Below are positions 1-11,592 of a stretch of 64,000 bases of DNA, piece by piece; within the stretch, counting starts at the first letter, position 1; each line of letters starts with the position of its first letter. The notes under the pieces were generated by a model, which saw only the letters and a program-made list of their open reading frames with translations, was not told the origin of the DNA and did no database searches. Made by a program: the position numbers and the translations under genes. Source of the DNA: Escherichia coli (GTDB taxonomy: Bacteria; Pseudomonadota; Gammaproteobacteria; Enterobacterales; Enterobacteriaceae); the NCBI RefSeq assembly GCF_003334335.1, contig NZ_QOWQ01000024.1. The stretch is one strand, 5' to 3'.

Positions 1-839
1 GCCGCTTCATTGTCGCGAACAATCTGCAAAATATGGCGGAAACAATGCACATCAATCTGGCTAGTGTTCAGCGCCTGCGAACACTGATACAACACCTCCA
101 GACGACGCTTGGCCTCGTGGAGATCGCGGGTCTTTTCTTCTACTGACGCTTCCAGCGAACGGTACAATTTATGCAGCTCGCTCGACATCTGGTTAAAGGT
201 TTTTGCAAGCAGACCAAGCTCATTCGGCAGGTTGGTATCCAGCGGCGGCGAGTCGAACTGCCCGTGTTCAATACGCTGACTGGCGGTAACCAGCTGATTC
301 AGCGGGGCAACCACCTGATGGCGTATGCGGCGCAAAGTAAAAAAGACCAGCGTGAAAATACCGATGCCGCCAGCCAGGGAAATCGCCACCACCAGCAGCA
401 TTTTGCGTTCAGCGTAGTGCTGTAAAGCCAGTACGAACAGGTCTATCTGATTAACATAATTATTAATATTGGCCTGATACCACGGCAAATCGCCCTTGCT
501 GAGCCGATTATTCATCTCCAGCCAGTTGGCATTCAGATGCGCATAGCGAGTTTTTACTGCTTCTGGCACATACCAGACGTTGAGGTTGGTTAATACCGGT
601 GAATGCAGTGCCTGCTGAAATAACTGGCGATGTGCATTGAGTTGTGGACTGCCACTTTGCAAGTCGTAGCCCAGGCGGTAACTCTGCATACGCAGCGATC
701 CGGCAATATTGATAGCCTCAGCGTCGCGCAAACTGCTCGCCAGAGTTAGCAGAGCGATACCCGTGGAAAGAATCGACAGCAGCACAATGTAAAAAAAGGC
801 CCGGGCCAGACTGGCCGAGACGGGTCGTTTAACAATCAC
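1..839 (-). CDS. narQ: nitrate/nitrite sensor histidine kinase NarQ, N-terminal part (gene runs off the window start)
   Basis: Minus-strand frame reads (M/V)IVKRPVSASLARAFFYIVLL... from GTG at 839-837 and continues ...QIDVHCFRHILQIVRDNEAA to position 1; recognised as NarQ. Confidence 0.85.
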   Translation of the reverse strand, partial: MIVKRPVSASLARAFFYIVLLSILSTGIALLTLASSLRDAEAINIAGSLRMQSYRLGYDLQSGSPQLNAHRQLFQQALHSPVLTNLNVWYVPEAVKTRYAHLNANWLEMNNRLSKGDLPWYQANINNYVNQIDLFVLALQHYAERKMLLVVAISLAGGIGIFTLVFFTLRRIRHQVVAPLNQLVTASQRIEHGQFDSPPLDTNLPNELGLLAKTFNQMSSELHKLYRSLEASVEEKTRDLHEAKRRLEVLYQCSQALNTSQIDVHCFRHILQIVRDNEA

Positions 840-1044
840 ACGCGTCTTCTCCACAAAAAATCATTAATGTTCCAGTTCGCTGAAACGCAATTTAGTCAGT
901 GATGGGATTATTTGATCTGCCACAGTTTATAGCGAAATAGTTACTTATTCTGGGCACATGAACATTGCCGATTCCCCTGTAAGTCGGGTAATAACAACAC
1001 TCATATAAAGAATAAGGTTTTTACAACCAAAAAAGAAGGTCGTT

Positions 1045-3024
1045 ATGAATCGTTTTATTATGGCCAACAGTCAGCAATGTCTGGGTTGTCATGCTTGTGA
1101 AATCGCCTGTGTCATGGCTCACAATGATGAGCAACATGTCCTGAGCCAACACCATTTTCATCCCCGAATTACGGTTATCAAACATCAACAGCAACGTAGT
1201 GCAGTGACCTGTCACCATTGTGAAGATGCGCCCTGCGCCCGTAGCTGCCCTAATGGCGCAATCAGCCACGTTGATGACAGCATTCAGGTCAATCAGCAAA
1301 AGTGTATTGGCTGTAAATCCTGCGTGGTGGCCTGTCCTTTTGGTACGATGCAAATCGTCCTGACACCCGTCGCGGCAGGAAAAGTAAAAGCCACGGCGCA
1401 TAAATGCGACCTTTGTGCGGGGCGCGAAAACGGTCCTGCCTGTGTTGAGAATTGCCCGGCGGACGCGCTGCAACTGGTCACTGACGTCGCACTCTCCGGC
1501 ATGGCGAAATCCCGCCGCTTGCGCACCGCGCGTCAGGAACATCAACCGTGGCATGCCAGTACCGCGGCGCAAGAAATGCCGGTAATGAGTAAAGTCGAAC
1601 AAATGCAGGCAACGCCCGCGCGTGGCGAGCCGGATAAACTGGCGATTGAAGCGCGCAAAACCGGTTTTGATGAAATTTATCTGCCATTTCGCGCCGACCA
1701 GGCACAACGGGAAGCCTCGCGCTGCCTTAAGTGCGGCGAGCACAGCGTTTGTGAATGGACCTGCCCGCTGCATAACCATATACCGCAGTGGATTGAACTG
1801 GTGAAAGCCGGAAACATCGACGCCGCCGTCGAGCTTTCTCACCAGACCAACACCCTGCCGGAAATTACCGGACGCGTTTGTCCGCAAGACCGTTTGTGTG
1901 AAGGTGCCTGTACTATTCGCGATGAGCACGGCGCGGTAACTATCGGCAACATTGAACGCTACATTTCAGATCAGGCGTTGGCGAAAGGTTGGCGTCCTGA
2001 CTTAAGCCATGTCACCAAAGTGGACAAGCGGGTGGCGATTATCGGTGCAGGTCCGGCAGGGCTGGCCTGTGCGGATGTTCTGACCCGCAATGGCGTGGGG
2101 GTGACGGTGTACGATCGCCATCCAGAAATCGGTGGCTTGCTCACTTTCGGCATTCCTTCTTTCAAACTGGATAAATCCCTGCTGGCACGCCGTCGGGAAA
2201 TCTTCAGCGCGATGGGGATTCACTTCGAACTCAATTGTGAAGTGGGTAAAGATGTCTCTTTGGATTCGCTTTTGGAACAATACGACGCGGTCTTCGTTGG
2301 CGTAGGCACTTACCGTTCCATGAAAGCGGGTTTACCCAATGAAGATGCGCCGGGCGTTTATGACGCGCTGCCGTTCCTCATTGCCAACACTAAACAGGTG
2401 ATGGGGCTCGAAGAGCTACCGGAAGAGCCGTTTATCAATACCGCCGGACTTAACGTCGTGGTACTGGGCGGCGGCGACACCGCGATGGACTGTGTGCGTA
2501 CCGCACTGCGCCACGGCGCGAGTAACGTCACCTGCGCTTATCGTCGTGATGAAGCTAACATGCCAGGCTCGAAGAAAGAAGTGAAGAACGCCCGCGAAGA
2601 GGGGGCCAACTTCGAATTTAACGTCCAGCCGGTGGCGCTTGAGCTGAATGAACAAGGTCACGTCTGCGGGATTCGTTTCCTGCGCACGCGTCTTGGAGAG
2701 CCGGATGCCCAGGGGCGTCGGCGTCCAGTGCCGGTGGAAGGCAGTGAATTTGTCATGCCAGCCGACGCGGTGATTATGGCGTTTGGCTTCAATCCGCACG
2801 GGATGCCGTGGCTGGAGTCGCACGGTGTAACGGTAGACAAATGGGGCCGCATCATCGCGGATGTGGAAAGCCAGTACCGTTACCAGACCACCAATCCGAA
2901 AATCTTCGCTGGTGGTGACGCCGTGCGTGGTGCGGATCTGGTGGTTACCGCAATGGCAGAAGGACGTCATGCGGCACAGGGGATTATTGACTGGCTGGGG
3001 GTAAAATCAGTCAAATCTCACTGA
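1045..3024 (+). CDS. aegA: putative Fe-S/FAD oxidoreductase AegA (GltD-like)
   Basis: 659-aa ORF; N-terminal Cys clusters (CxxCxxC..CP ferredoxin motifs), C-terminal GltD-like FAD/NAD domain; divergent from narQ as in E. coli. Confidence 0.9.
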   Translation: MNRFIMANSQQCLGCHACEIACVMAHNDEQHVLSQHHFHPRITVIKHQQQRSAVTCHHCEDAPCARSCPNGAISHVDDSIQVNQQKCIGCKSCVVACPFGTMQIVLTPVAAGKVKATAHKCDLCAGRENGPACVENCPADALQLVTDVALSGMAKSRRLRTARQEHQPWHASTAAQEMPVMSKVEQMQATPARGEPDKLAIEARKTGFDEIYLPFRADQAQREASRCLKCGEHSVCEWTCPLHNHIPQWIELVKAGNIDAAVELSHQTNTLPEITGRVCPQDRLCEGACTIRDEHGAVTIGNIERYISDQALAKGWRPDLSHVTKVDKRVAIIGAGPAGLACADVLTRNGVGVTVYDRHPEIGGLLTFGIPSFKLDKSLLARRREIFSAMGIHFELNCEVGKDVSLDSLLEQYDAVFVGVGTYRSMKAGLPNEDAPGVYDALPFLIANTKQVMGLEELPEEPFINTAGLNVVVLGGGDTAMDCVRTALRHGASNVTCAYRRDEANMPGSKKEVKNAREEGANFEFNVQPVALELNEQGHVCGIRFLRTRLGEPDAQGRRRPVPVEGSEFVMPADAVIMAFGFNPHGMPWLESHGVTVDKWGRIIADVESQYRYQTTNPKIFAGGDAVRGADLVVTAMAEGRHAAQGIIDWLGVKSVKSH

Positions 3025-3091
3025 TAGCCTGCGCAGACAAACCCGACTTCACAGCGTAAGATAATTGTTCATTTCGCGCTGTGGAGTCGGT

Positions 3092-3667
3092 ATGACGCAA
3101 CAAATCACCCTCATTAAAGACAAAATTCTCTCCGATAACTATTTCACCCTGCACAACATTACTTACGATCTCACGCGCAAAGACGGCGAAGTTATCCGCC
3201 ATAAACGTGAAGTGTACGATCGCGGCAATGGTGCGACGATCCTCCTGTACAACACGAAGAAAAAGACCGTGGTTCTGATTCGTCAGTTCCGTGTCGCTAC
3301 CTGGGTTAATGGCAATGAAAGCGGGCAGCTGATTGAAAGCTGCGCCGGGCTGCTGGATAACGACGAACCGGAAGTGTGTATTCGCAAAGAAGCGATTGAA
3401 GAGACGGGCTATGAAGTGGGTGAAGTGCGCAAATTATTTGAACTGTATATGTCGCCAGGCGGTGTGACTGAGCTAATCCACTTTTTTATCGCCGAATACA
3501 GTGACAATCAGCGCGCTAACGCCGGTGGCGGTGTCGAAGATGAAGATATTGAAGTGCTCGAGCTGCCGTTCAGCCAGGCGCTGGAGATGATCAAAACCGG
3601 CGAGATACGTGACGGTAAGACGGTGTTATTGCTTAACTATTTGCAAACGTCACATTTAATGGACTGA
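3092..3667 (+). CDS. nudK: GDP-mannose pyrophosphatase NudK (Nudix hydrolase)
   Basis: 191 aa from ATG 3092 ([18 protein letters not shown]...), Nudix box [13 protein letters not shown]; SD ggag upstream. Confidence 0.9.
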   Translation: MTQQITLIKDKILSDNYFTLHNITYDLTRKDGEVIRHKREVYDRGNGATILLYNTKKKTVVLIRQFRVATWVNGNESGQLIESCAGLLDNDEPEVCIRKEAIEETGYEVGEVRKLFELYMSPGGVTELIHFFIAEYSDNQRANAGGGVEDEDIEVLELPFSQALEMIKTGEIRDGKTVLLLNYLQTSHLMD

Positions 3668-3792
3668 AAAATAACAATAATATTTCGTTGTTTATTATTG
3701 GCTCAATCCGACAAATCCGATTGAGCCGCGCTACCTGCGCAACGAAGATACGACTTGTGCTGTTTGTTTGAACTTCTGGGGTCGTACCGTCC

Positions 3793-4836
3793 ATGCGCTA
3801 TCGCATTTTCCTTCTCTTTTTTTTCGCTTTGTTGCCGACGTCTTTGGTGTGGGCGGCACCAGCGCAACGGGCGTTTTCCGACTGGCAGGTCACCTGTAAT
3901 AACCAAAATTTCTGCGTGGCGCGTAATACGGGCGATCATAATGGACTGGTGATGACCCTGAGCCGCAGCGCCGGGGCGCATACCGATGCCGTTTTACGTA
4001 TTGAGCGCGGCGGATTGAAGTCGCCGGAGGCGTCAGAAGGGGAGATAGCGCCACGGCTGCTGTTAGATGGCGAGCCGTTGGCGTTAAGTGGTGACAAGTG
4101 GCGGATTTCACCATGGTTATTAGTAACCGATGATACGGCAACCATCACCGCGTTTTTGCAGATGATTCAGGAAGGGAAGGCAATCACCTTACGCGATGGC
4201 GATCAGACCATTTCTCTGAGTGGCTTAAAAGCAGCATTGTTGTTTATTGATGCTCAGCAAAAGCGCGTTGGCAGTGAAACCGCGTGGATCAAGAAAGGGG
4301 ACGAACCGCCGCTCAGCGTACCGCCCGCGCCTGCGCTGAAAGAGGTCGCGGTGGTTAACCCAACGCCGACGCCACTCTCACTCGAAGAACGCAACGATTT
4401 GCTGGATTATGGAAACTGGCGGATGAATGGTCTGCGCTGCTCGCTTGATCCATTGCGTCGTGAGGTGAATGTCACTGCGCTGACTGATGATAAAGCGCTG
4501 ATGATGATTAGCTGTGAGGCAGGGGCCTATAACACCATTGATTTGGCATGGATTGTGTCGCGTAAAAAGCCACTAGCTTCGCGCCCGGTTCGGTTGCGTT
4601 TGCCGTTCAACAACGGTCAGGAGACGAATGAACTGGAACTGATGAACGCAACATTTGATGAGAAATCGCGTGAACTGGTGACCTTAGCGAAAGGGCGCGG
4701 ATTAAGCGATTGTGGCATTCAGGCGCGCTGGCGCTTTGACGGTCAGCGTTTTCGCCTGGTGCGTTACGCCGCAGAACCCACCTGCGATAACTGGCATGGG
4801 CCAGACGCCTGGCCCACGTTGTGGATCACCCGTTAA
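3793..4836 (+). CDS. ypfG: DUF1176-family periplasmic protein YpfG
   Basis: 347-aa ORF with N-terminal signal peptide (MRYRIFLLFFFALLPTSLVWA). Confidence 0.85.
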   Translation: MRYRIFLLFFFALLPTSLVWAAPAQRAFSDWQVTCNNQNFCVARNTGDHNGLVMTLSRSAGAHTDAVLRIERGGLKSPEASEGEIAPRLLLDGEPLALSGDKWRISPWLLVTDDTATITAFLQMIQEGKAITLRDGDQTISLSGLKAALLFIDAQQKRVGSETAWIKKGDEPPLSVPPAPALKEVAVVNPTPTPLSLEERNDLLDYGNWRMNGLRCSLDPLRREVNVTALTDDKALMMISCEAGAYNTIDLAWIVSRKKPLASRPVRLRLPFNNGQETNELELMNATFDEKSRELVTLAKGRGLSDCGIQARWRFDGQRFRLVRYAAEPTCDNWHGPDAWPTLWITR

Positions 4837-4852
4837 ACAAAATGGCGGGACA

Positions 4853-4925
4853 TGTAGGCCGGATAAGACGCTGTAGGCCGGATAAGACGCGTCAGCGTCG
4901 CATCCGGCAATCAGCATCCGGCAAT
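4853..4925. repeat. REP-like palindromic units with internal tandem duplications (gtaggccggataagacgc x2; gcatccggcaatca x2)
   Basis: Seen directly between convergent ypfG and tktB. Confidence 0.7.
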
Positions 4926-4930
4926 CACCA

Positions 4931-6934
4931 TCAGGCACCTTTCACTCCCAGCACCTTATGCGCTTTTGCCACAATATTCTCGGCGGTAAAGCCAAAGAAC
5001 GGGAACAGCTTATCCGCCGGAGCAGATTCCCCGTAACCCGTCATCCCGACAATTGCCCCTTTCAGACCAACATACTTGTACCAGTAATCGGCAATACCTG
5101 CTTCCACCGCCACGCGAGCCGCAACGTTAGAAGGCAACACCGACTCCCGATATTCCTCATCCTGGGCGTCGAAAATATCGGTCGAGGGCAGGGAAACTAC
5201 GCGTACATTGCGACCTTCTCCTGCTAATTTCTCTGCCGCTTGCAGGGTAATTTCCATCTCTGAACCGGTGGCAATCAGAATAATATCTGGCTTACCGCCG
5301 CTGTCTTTCAGCACATAACCGCCACGAGCAATCTCTTTAACCTGATCCGGCGTACGTTCCACCTGGGCCAGATTCTGCCTTGAGAGGATCAGTGCCGTCG
5401 GTCCGTTGTGGCGCTCAACCGCCAGCTTCCAGCCCACCGTCGCTTCCACCTGATCGCACGGTCGCCAGGTGCTGAAATTTGGCGTTAAGCGCAGGCTGGC
5501 CAGTTGCTCAACAGCCTGGTGCGTCGGACCATCTTCGCCCAGGCCAATTGAGTCGTGGGTATAAACCATAATCTGCCGCGCTTTCATCAGTGCCGCCATC
5601 CGCGCGGCGTTACGGGCGTATTCAACAAACATCAGGAACGTCGCGGTATACGGCACAAAGCCGCCGTGGTGCGCGATGCCGTTGGCGATAGCGGTCATGC
5701 CAAATTCACGCACCCCGTAGTGAATGTAGTTGCCCGCTGGATCTTCCTTCAGCGAAACAGAACCTTTCCAGATGGTCAGGTTGCTGGGAGCCAGATCCGC
5801 CGAACCGCCGAGCAACTCAGGCAGCATCGGCCCGTAAGCGTTAAGCGTATTTTGCGAAGCCTTACGGGTAGCGATTTTCGCCGGATTTGCCTGTAACTCA
5901 TTGATATATTTCTGAGTCGTTTTCTCCCAGTCCTTCGGTAAACCACCGCTCATCCGTCGGGTAAACTCTTCTGCCAGTTGCGGATGAGCCTTTTTATAGG
6001 CGGCAAACTTCTCATTCCAGCTCTGCTGCGCTTTTTCGCCTTTTTCACGGGCATCCCAGGCGTGATAAATCTCTTTAGGGATCTCAAATGGCGGATGGTG
6101 CCAGCCCAGTTTTTGCCGTGCCAGCGCCACTTCTTCTTCCCCCAGTGGTGCGCCGTGCGCCTCTTCCTTACCTGCTTTATTCGGCGAACCAAAGCCAATC
6201 ACCGTACGGCAGATAATCAGCGACGGCTTATCTTTCACGCTTTGCGCTTCAAGGATCGCTTCCTTCACCGCCTGCGGATCGTGACCGTCGATTTCATGGA
6301 TCACATGCCAGTGATAGGCTTCAAAACGTTTTGCCGTATCGTCGGTAAACCAGCCTTCTGTTTCACCGTCGATGGAAATACCGTTGTGATCGTAAAAACC
6401 AATCAGCTTGCCCAGTCCCAGCGTGCCTGCCAGCGAACAGACTTCGTGGGAAATACCTTCCATCAGGCAGCCGTCGCCCATAAACACATAGGTGAAGTGA
6501 TCGACGATCTCATGGTCTGGCTGGTTAAACTGCGCCGCCAGTGTACGCTCTGCTATCGCCAGCCCGACGGCGTTCGCCAAACCTTGTCCAAGCGGGCCGG
6601 TGGTGGTTTCAACGCCTGGCGTATAGCCAATCTCCGGGTGGCCTGGGGTTTTCGAATGCAACTGACGGAAGTTCTTCAGTTCTTCCAGCGGCAGGTCGTA
6701 ACCGGTCAGATGTAGCAAACTGTAGAGCAGCATCGACGCGTGACCGTTGGAAAGAATAAAGCGGTCGCGATCATACCAGGTTGGGTCGGTAGGGTTATGT
6801 TTAAGAAAATCGTTCCACAGCACTTCGGCAATATCAGCCATGCCCATCGGCGCGCCGGGATGACCAGAGTTGGCTTTTTGTACCGCATCCATACTGAGTG
6901 CGCGAATCGCATTGGCAAGGTCTTTTCGGGACAT
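4931..6934 (-). CDS. tktB: transketolase 2
   Basis: 667 aa from ATG at 6934 ([27 protein letters not shown]...); ORF track extends to an upstream in-frame start. Confidence 0.95.
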   Translation of the reverse strand: MSRKDLANAIRALSMDAVQKANSGHPGAPMGMADIAEVLWNDFLKHNPTDPTWYDRDRFILSNGHASMLLYSLLHLTGYDLPLEELKNFRQLHSKTPGHPEIGYTPGVETTTGPLGQGLANAVGLAIAERTLAAQFNQPDHEIVDHFTYVFMGDGCLMEGISHEVCSLAGTLGLGKLIGFYDHNGISIDGETEGWFTDDTAKRFEAYHWHVIHEIDGHDPQAVKEAILEAQSVKDKPSLIICRTVIGFGSPNKAGKEEAHGAPLGEEEVALARQKLGWHHPPFEIPKEIYHAWDAREKGEKAQQSWNEKFAAYKKAHPQLAEEFTRRMSGGLPKDWEKTTQKYINELQANPAKIATRKASQNTLNAYGPMLPELLGGSADLAPSNLTIWKGSVSLKEDPAGNYIHYGVREFGMTAIANGIAHHGGFVPYTATFLMFVEYARNAARMAALMKARQIMVYTHDSIGLGEDGPTHQAVEQLASLRLTPNFSTWRPCDQVEATVGWKLAVERHNGPTALILSRQNLAQVERTPDQVKEIARGGYVLKDSGGKPDIILIATGSEMEITLQAAEKLAGEGRNVRVVSLPSTDIFDAQDEEYRESVLPSNVAARVAVEAGIADYWYKYVGLKGAIVGMTGYGESAPADKLFPFFGFTAENIVAKAHKVLGVKGA

Positions 6935-6953
6935 ATAACACTCCGTGGCTGGT

Positions 6954-7904
6954 TTATAGTTTGGCGGCAAGAAGATCTTCCAGTTTGCGTTGATCAACGG
7001 CGAACAGACGAATGCCTTCAGACAGTTTTTCTACCGCCATCGCATCCTGATTGTGCTCCCAACGGAACTCCGCTTCGCTCATGGGAGCTGGGCGTGGGAA
7101 CGTCTGAGAAGGTGGGATTAATTTACGTACCACTGGCGAAACTTTTTCCTGCAGCTCCTTCAGTAAATTCGGTGCGATAGTCAGTCGATCGCAGCCGGTT
7201 AAGGCGAGGATTTGTTCGGTGCGACGGAAGCTCGCGCCCATCACAATGGTTTCATAGTGGTGTTGCTTATAGTAGTCGTAGATATTGCGCACCGATTTAA
7301 CGCCCGGATCTTCTTCCACCACATACGGGTCCATCGGCTTGCGTGCCTGATACCAGTCATAAATACGCCCGACAAACGGCGAAATCAGAAAAACGCCTGC
7401 TTCCGCACAGGCCCGTGCCTGTGCAAAAGAAAACAGCAGCGTCAGGTTGCAGTTAATACCTTCTTTTTCCAGCTCTTCTGCCGCGCGAATTCCTTCCCAG
7501 GTCGAAGCCAGCTTGATCAGAATGCGTGATTTCTCAACGCCTTGTTGCTGATACAAGTCCACCAGATGGCGCGCCTTCTCAATACTCTTTTCTTTATCAA
7601 AAGAGAGGCGTGCATCAACTTCTGTTGACACGCGACCGGGTACGATTTTGAGGATTTCAGCACCGAAATTGACCGCCAGTTTGTCACACGCTGCGACCAC
7701 CTGTTGTTCCTGGGTCTTGCCATTTTTTTTACCCCAGGCGATAGCATCGTCTATTAAATGCTCATATTGTGATAATCCGGCAGCTTTGAGTAACAGCGAA
7801 GGATTGGTGGTGGCATCCTGGGGATGATAATGGCGAATGGACTCAATATCGCCGCTGTCTGCCACGACAGTGGTGAACTGTTTGATGCCGTCTAACTCGT
7901 TCAT
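6954..7904 (-). CDS. talA: transaldolase A
   Basis: 316-aa [26 protein letters not shown]...; adjacent to tktB as in the talA-tktB operon. Confidence 0.95.
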   Translation of the reverse strand: MNELDGIKQFTTVVADSGDIESIRHYHPQDATTNPSLLLKAAGLSQYEHLIDDAIAWGKKNGKTQEQQVVAACDKLAVNFGAEILKIVPGRVSTEVDARLSFDKEKSIEKARHLVDLYQQQGVEKSRILIKLASTWEGIRAAEELEKEGINCNLTLLFSFAQARACAEAGVFLISPFVGRIYDWYQARKPMDPYVVEEDPGVKSVRNIYDYYKQHHYETIVMGASFRRTEQILALTGCDRLTIAPNLLKELQEKVSPVVRKLIPPSQTFPRPAPMSEAEFRWEHNQDAMAVEKLSEGIRLFAVDQRKLEDLLAAKL

Positions 7905-8132
7905 AGGAAATACTCCTTGAAAAGTAAAGTGTTAGATGAGTGCGTTAATTCACACTTCTGAGAAATTTCGCTAAACGCATCAAAAAAGCATAGCAGACAG
8001 GCATGGTATTGCTGGATTAAGCAGGTAACATCAGTGTTATAGGATTATTACCAAAACATTATATTAATGGTGAGAGTTTGGACTTGCTCAAAGTCTGTAG
8101 ACTCCGGCAGGGTAATAATGTGCGCCACGTTG

Positions 8133-8166
8133 TGGGCAGGGGCTGTTGCCCACACACTTTATTTGT
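8133..8166 (+). promoter_or_regulatory. terminator-like hairpin (gtgggca-N7-tgcccac) plus T-rich tract in the maeB leader, 26 nt before the start codon
   Basis: Inverted repeat and following tttatttgtg seen directly; function inferred. Confidence 0.3.
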
Positions 8167-8192
8167 GAACGTTACGTGAAAGGAACAACCAA

Positions 8193-10472
8193 ATGGATGA
8201 CCAGTTAAAACAAAGTGCACTTGATTTCCATGAATTTCCAGTTCCAGGGAAAATCCAGGTTTCTCCAACCAAGCCTCTGGCAACACAGCGCGATCTGGCG
8301 CTGGCCTACTCACCAGGCGTTGCCGCACCTTGTCTTGAAATCGAAAAAGACCCGTTAAAAGCCTACAAATATACCGCCCGCGGTAACCTGGTGGCGGTGA
8401 TCTCTAACGGTACGGCGGTGCTGGGGTTAGGCAACATTGGCGCGCTGGCAGGCAAACCGGTGATGGAAGGCAAGGGCGTTCTGTTTAAGAAATTCGCCGG
8501 GATTGATGTATTTGACATTGAAGTTGACGAACTCGACCCGGACAAATTTATTGAAGTTGTCGCCGCGCTCGAACCAACCTTCGGCGGCATCAACCTCGAA
8601 GACATTAAAGCGCCAGAATGTTTCTATATTGAACAGAAACTGCGCGAGCGGATGAATATTCCGGTATTCCACGACGATCAGCACGGCACGGCAATTATCA
8701 GCACTGCCGCCATCCTCAACGGCTTGCGCGTGGTGGAGAAAAACATCTCCGACGTGCGGATGGTGGTTTCCGGCGCGGGTGCCGCAGCAATCGCCTGTAT
8801 GAACCTGCTGGTAGCGCTGGGTCTGCAAAAACATAACATCGTGGTTTGCGATTCAAAAGGCGTTATCTATCAGGGCCGTGAGCCAAACATGGCGGAAACC
8901 AAAGCCGCATATGCGGTGGTGGATGACGGCAAACGTACCCTCGATGATGTGATTGAAGGCGCGGATATTTTCCTGGGCTGTTCCGGCCCGAAAGTGCTGA
9001 CCCAGGAAATGGTGAAGAAAATGGCTCGTGCGCCAATGATCCTGGCGCTGGCGAACCCGGAACCGGAAATTCTGCCGCCGCTGGCGAAAGAAGTGCGTCC
9101 GGATGCCATCATTTGCACCGGTCGTTCTGACTATCCGAACCAGGTGAACAACGTCCTGTGCTTCCCGTTCATCTTCCGTGGCGCGCTGGACGTTGGCGCA
9201 ACCGCCATCAACGAAGAGATGAAACTGGCGGCGGTACGTGCGATTGCAGAACTCGCCCATGCGGAACAGAGCGAAGTGGTGGCTTCAGCGTATGGCGATC
9301 AGGATCTGAGCTTTGGTCCGGAATACATCATTCCAAAACCGTTTGATCCGCGCTTGATCGTTAAGATCGCTCCTGCGGTCGCTAAAGCCGCGATGGAGTC
9401 GGGCGTGGCGACTCGTCCGATTGCTGATTTCGACGTCTACATCGACAAGCTGACTGAGTTCGTTTACAAAACCAACCTGTTTATGAAGCCGATTTTCTCC
9501 CAGGCTCGCAAAGCGCCGAAGCGCGTTGTTCTGCCGGAAGGGGAAGAGGCGCGCGTTCTGCATGCCACTCAGGAACTGGTAACGCTGGGACTGGCGAAAC
9601 CGATCCTTATCGGTCGTCCGAACGTGATCGAAATGCGCATTCAGAAACTGGGCTTGCAGATCAAAGCGGGCGTTGATTTTGAGATCGTCAATAACGAATC
9701 CGATCCGCGCTTTAAAGAGTACTGGACCGAATACTTCCAGATCATGAAGCGTCGCGGCGTCACTCAGGAACAGGCGCAGCGGGCGCTGATCAGTAACCCG
9801 ACAGTGATCGGCGCGATCATGGTTCAGCGTGGGGAAGCCGATGCAATGATTTGCGGTACGGTGGGTGATTATCATGAACATTTTAGCGTGGTGAAAAATG
9901 TCTTTGGTTATCGCGATGGCGTTCACACCGCAGGTGCCATGAACGCGCTGCTGCTGCCGAGTGGTAACACCTTTATTGCCGATACATATGTTAATGATGA
10001 ACCGGATGCAGAAGAGCTGGCGGAGATCACCTTGATGGCGGCAGAAACTGTCCGTCGTTTTGGTATTGAGCCGCGCGTTGCTTTGTTGTCGCACTCCAAC
10101 TTTGGTTCTTCTGACTGCCCGTCGTCGAGCAAAATGCGTCAGGCGCTGGAACTGGTCAGGGAACGTGCACCAGAACTGATGATTGATGGTGAAATGCACG
10201 GCGATGCAGCGCTGGTGGAAGCGATTCGCAACGACCGTATGCCGGACAGCTCTTTGAAAGGTTCCGCCAATATTCTGGTGATGCCGAACATGGAAGCTGC
10301 CCGCATTAGTTACAACTTACTGCGTGTTTCCAGCTCGGAAGGTGTGACTGTCGGCCCGGTGCTGATGGGTGTGGCGAAACCGGTTCACGTGTTAACGCCG
10401 ATCGCATCGGTGCGTCGTATCGTCAACATGGTGGCGCTGGCCGTGGTAGAAGCGCAAACCCAACCGCTGTAA
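8193..10472 (+). CDS. maeB: NADP-dependent malic enzyme (malic enzyme + phosphotransacetylase-like domain)
   Basis: 759-aa [26 protein letters not shown]... Confidence 0.95.
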
Positions 10473-10514
10473 TTTTTTTTAACTCTCACGCTTACCCTGA
10501 ATATTCAGGGTAAG
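10473..10514 (+). terminator. T9 run followed by perfect 24-bp palindrome cttaccctgaat/attcagggtaag downstream of maeB
   Basis: Seen directly; atypical geometry for an intrinsic terminator (U-tract precedes the hairpin). Confidence 0.35.
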
Positions 10515-10764
10515 CAGTTTAGCTGCAATATATTAGTAAAGCTTATTACTGAGTTTGCGAATAATAAAAAAAAGCAGTCTATATAATATCTCGATATTAT
10601 TTTATTTATATTCATGCGTTGCATATGAAAGTTTATGCACCACAGCGAATATCTCTCCATTCTTAGTGATCTACCTCACCTTTTAAACGCGCTTGCCGAA
10701 TTTTGTTATTTACTCTGACGAAAAATTGTCACGATACACGAAAGTTTTTCACAGGCGGCGACTC

Positions 10765-11100
10765 ATGGATAAAGAACGCATCATTCAGGAATTTGTGCCC
10801 GGCAAACAGGTCACACTGGCGCATCTCATCGCGCATCCCGGTGAGGAACTGGCGAAGAAAATCGGCGTTCCGGATGCGGGCGCAATTGGCATTATGACGC
10901 TAACTCCCGGCGAAACGGCGATGATCGCCGGTGATTTAGCGCTGAAAGCCGCTGATGTGCATATCGGTTTTCTCGACCGATTCAGCGGTGCATTGGTGAT
11001 TTATGGCTCGGTGGGCGCAGTAGAAGAAGCGTTATCACAAACCGTCAGCGGTTTAGGTCGCTTATTAAATTATACGCTTTGTGAAATGACCAAAAGTTAA
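10765..11100 (+). CDS. eutS: ethanolamine-utilisation microcompartment shell protein EutS
   Basis: 111 aa from ATG 10765 ([21 protein letters not shown]...); first gene of eut operon after an AT-rich promoter region. Confidence 0.9.
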
Positions 11101-11112
11101 TACGAGGCATTC

Positions 11113-11592
11113 ATGAAACGAATTGCGTTTGTGGGTAGCGTCGGGGCAGGAAAAACAACGTTATTTAATGCGTTGCAGGGGAATTATACCCTCGCCAGAA
11201 AAACACAGGCCGTGGAATTTAATGATAAGGGCGATATTGATACGCCGGGTGAATATTTTAACCATCCCCGCTGGTATCACGCCTTAATTACCACGCTACA
11301 GGATGTAGACATGCTGATCTATGTCCATGGCGCAAATGACCCGGAAAGTCGGTTGCCTGCCGGGTTGCTGGATATTGGCGTCAGCAAACGGCAAATCGCC
11401 GTCATCAGTAAAACGGACATGCCAGATGCTGACGTCGCCGCAACGCGAAAGTTATTGCTTGAGACGGGCTTCGAAGAGCCGATTTTCGAGCTAAACAGCC
11501 ACGACCCGCAAAGCGTGCAGCAACTGGTGGATTATCTGGCATCTCTCACCAAACAGGAGGAAGCAGGTGAAAAAACTCATCACAGCGAATGA
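11113..11592 (+). CDS. eutP: EutP/PduV-family GTPase-like protein
   Basis: 159 aa, Walker A GSVGAGKTT. Confidence 0.9.
   Translation: MKRIAFVGSVGAGKTTLFNALQGNYTLARKTQAVEFNDKGDIDTPGEYFNHPRWYHALITTLQDVDMLIYVHGANDPESRLPAGLLDIGVSKRQIAVISKTDMPDADVAATRKLLLETGFEEPIFELNSHDPQSVQQLVDYLASLTKQEEAGEKTHHSE

Noticed and set aside
171-425. 84-aa plus-strand ORF at the window start
   Set aside because: It lies antisense within the narQ coding region; narQ explains this interval.
1021-1929. 302-aa ORF on the minus strand inside aegA; similar long antisense ORFs at 5978-6715, 9285-10199, 15580-16215, 18918-19592, 29223-30149, 36489-37217, 50708-51349 and 58731-59831
   Set aside because: All lie entirely antisense to well-supported genes, have no RBS context and show low-complexity Arg/Ala-rich composition typical of shadow frames in GC-biased coding DNA.
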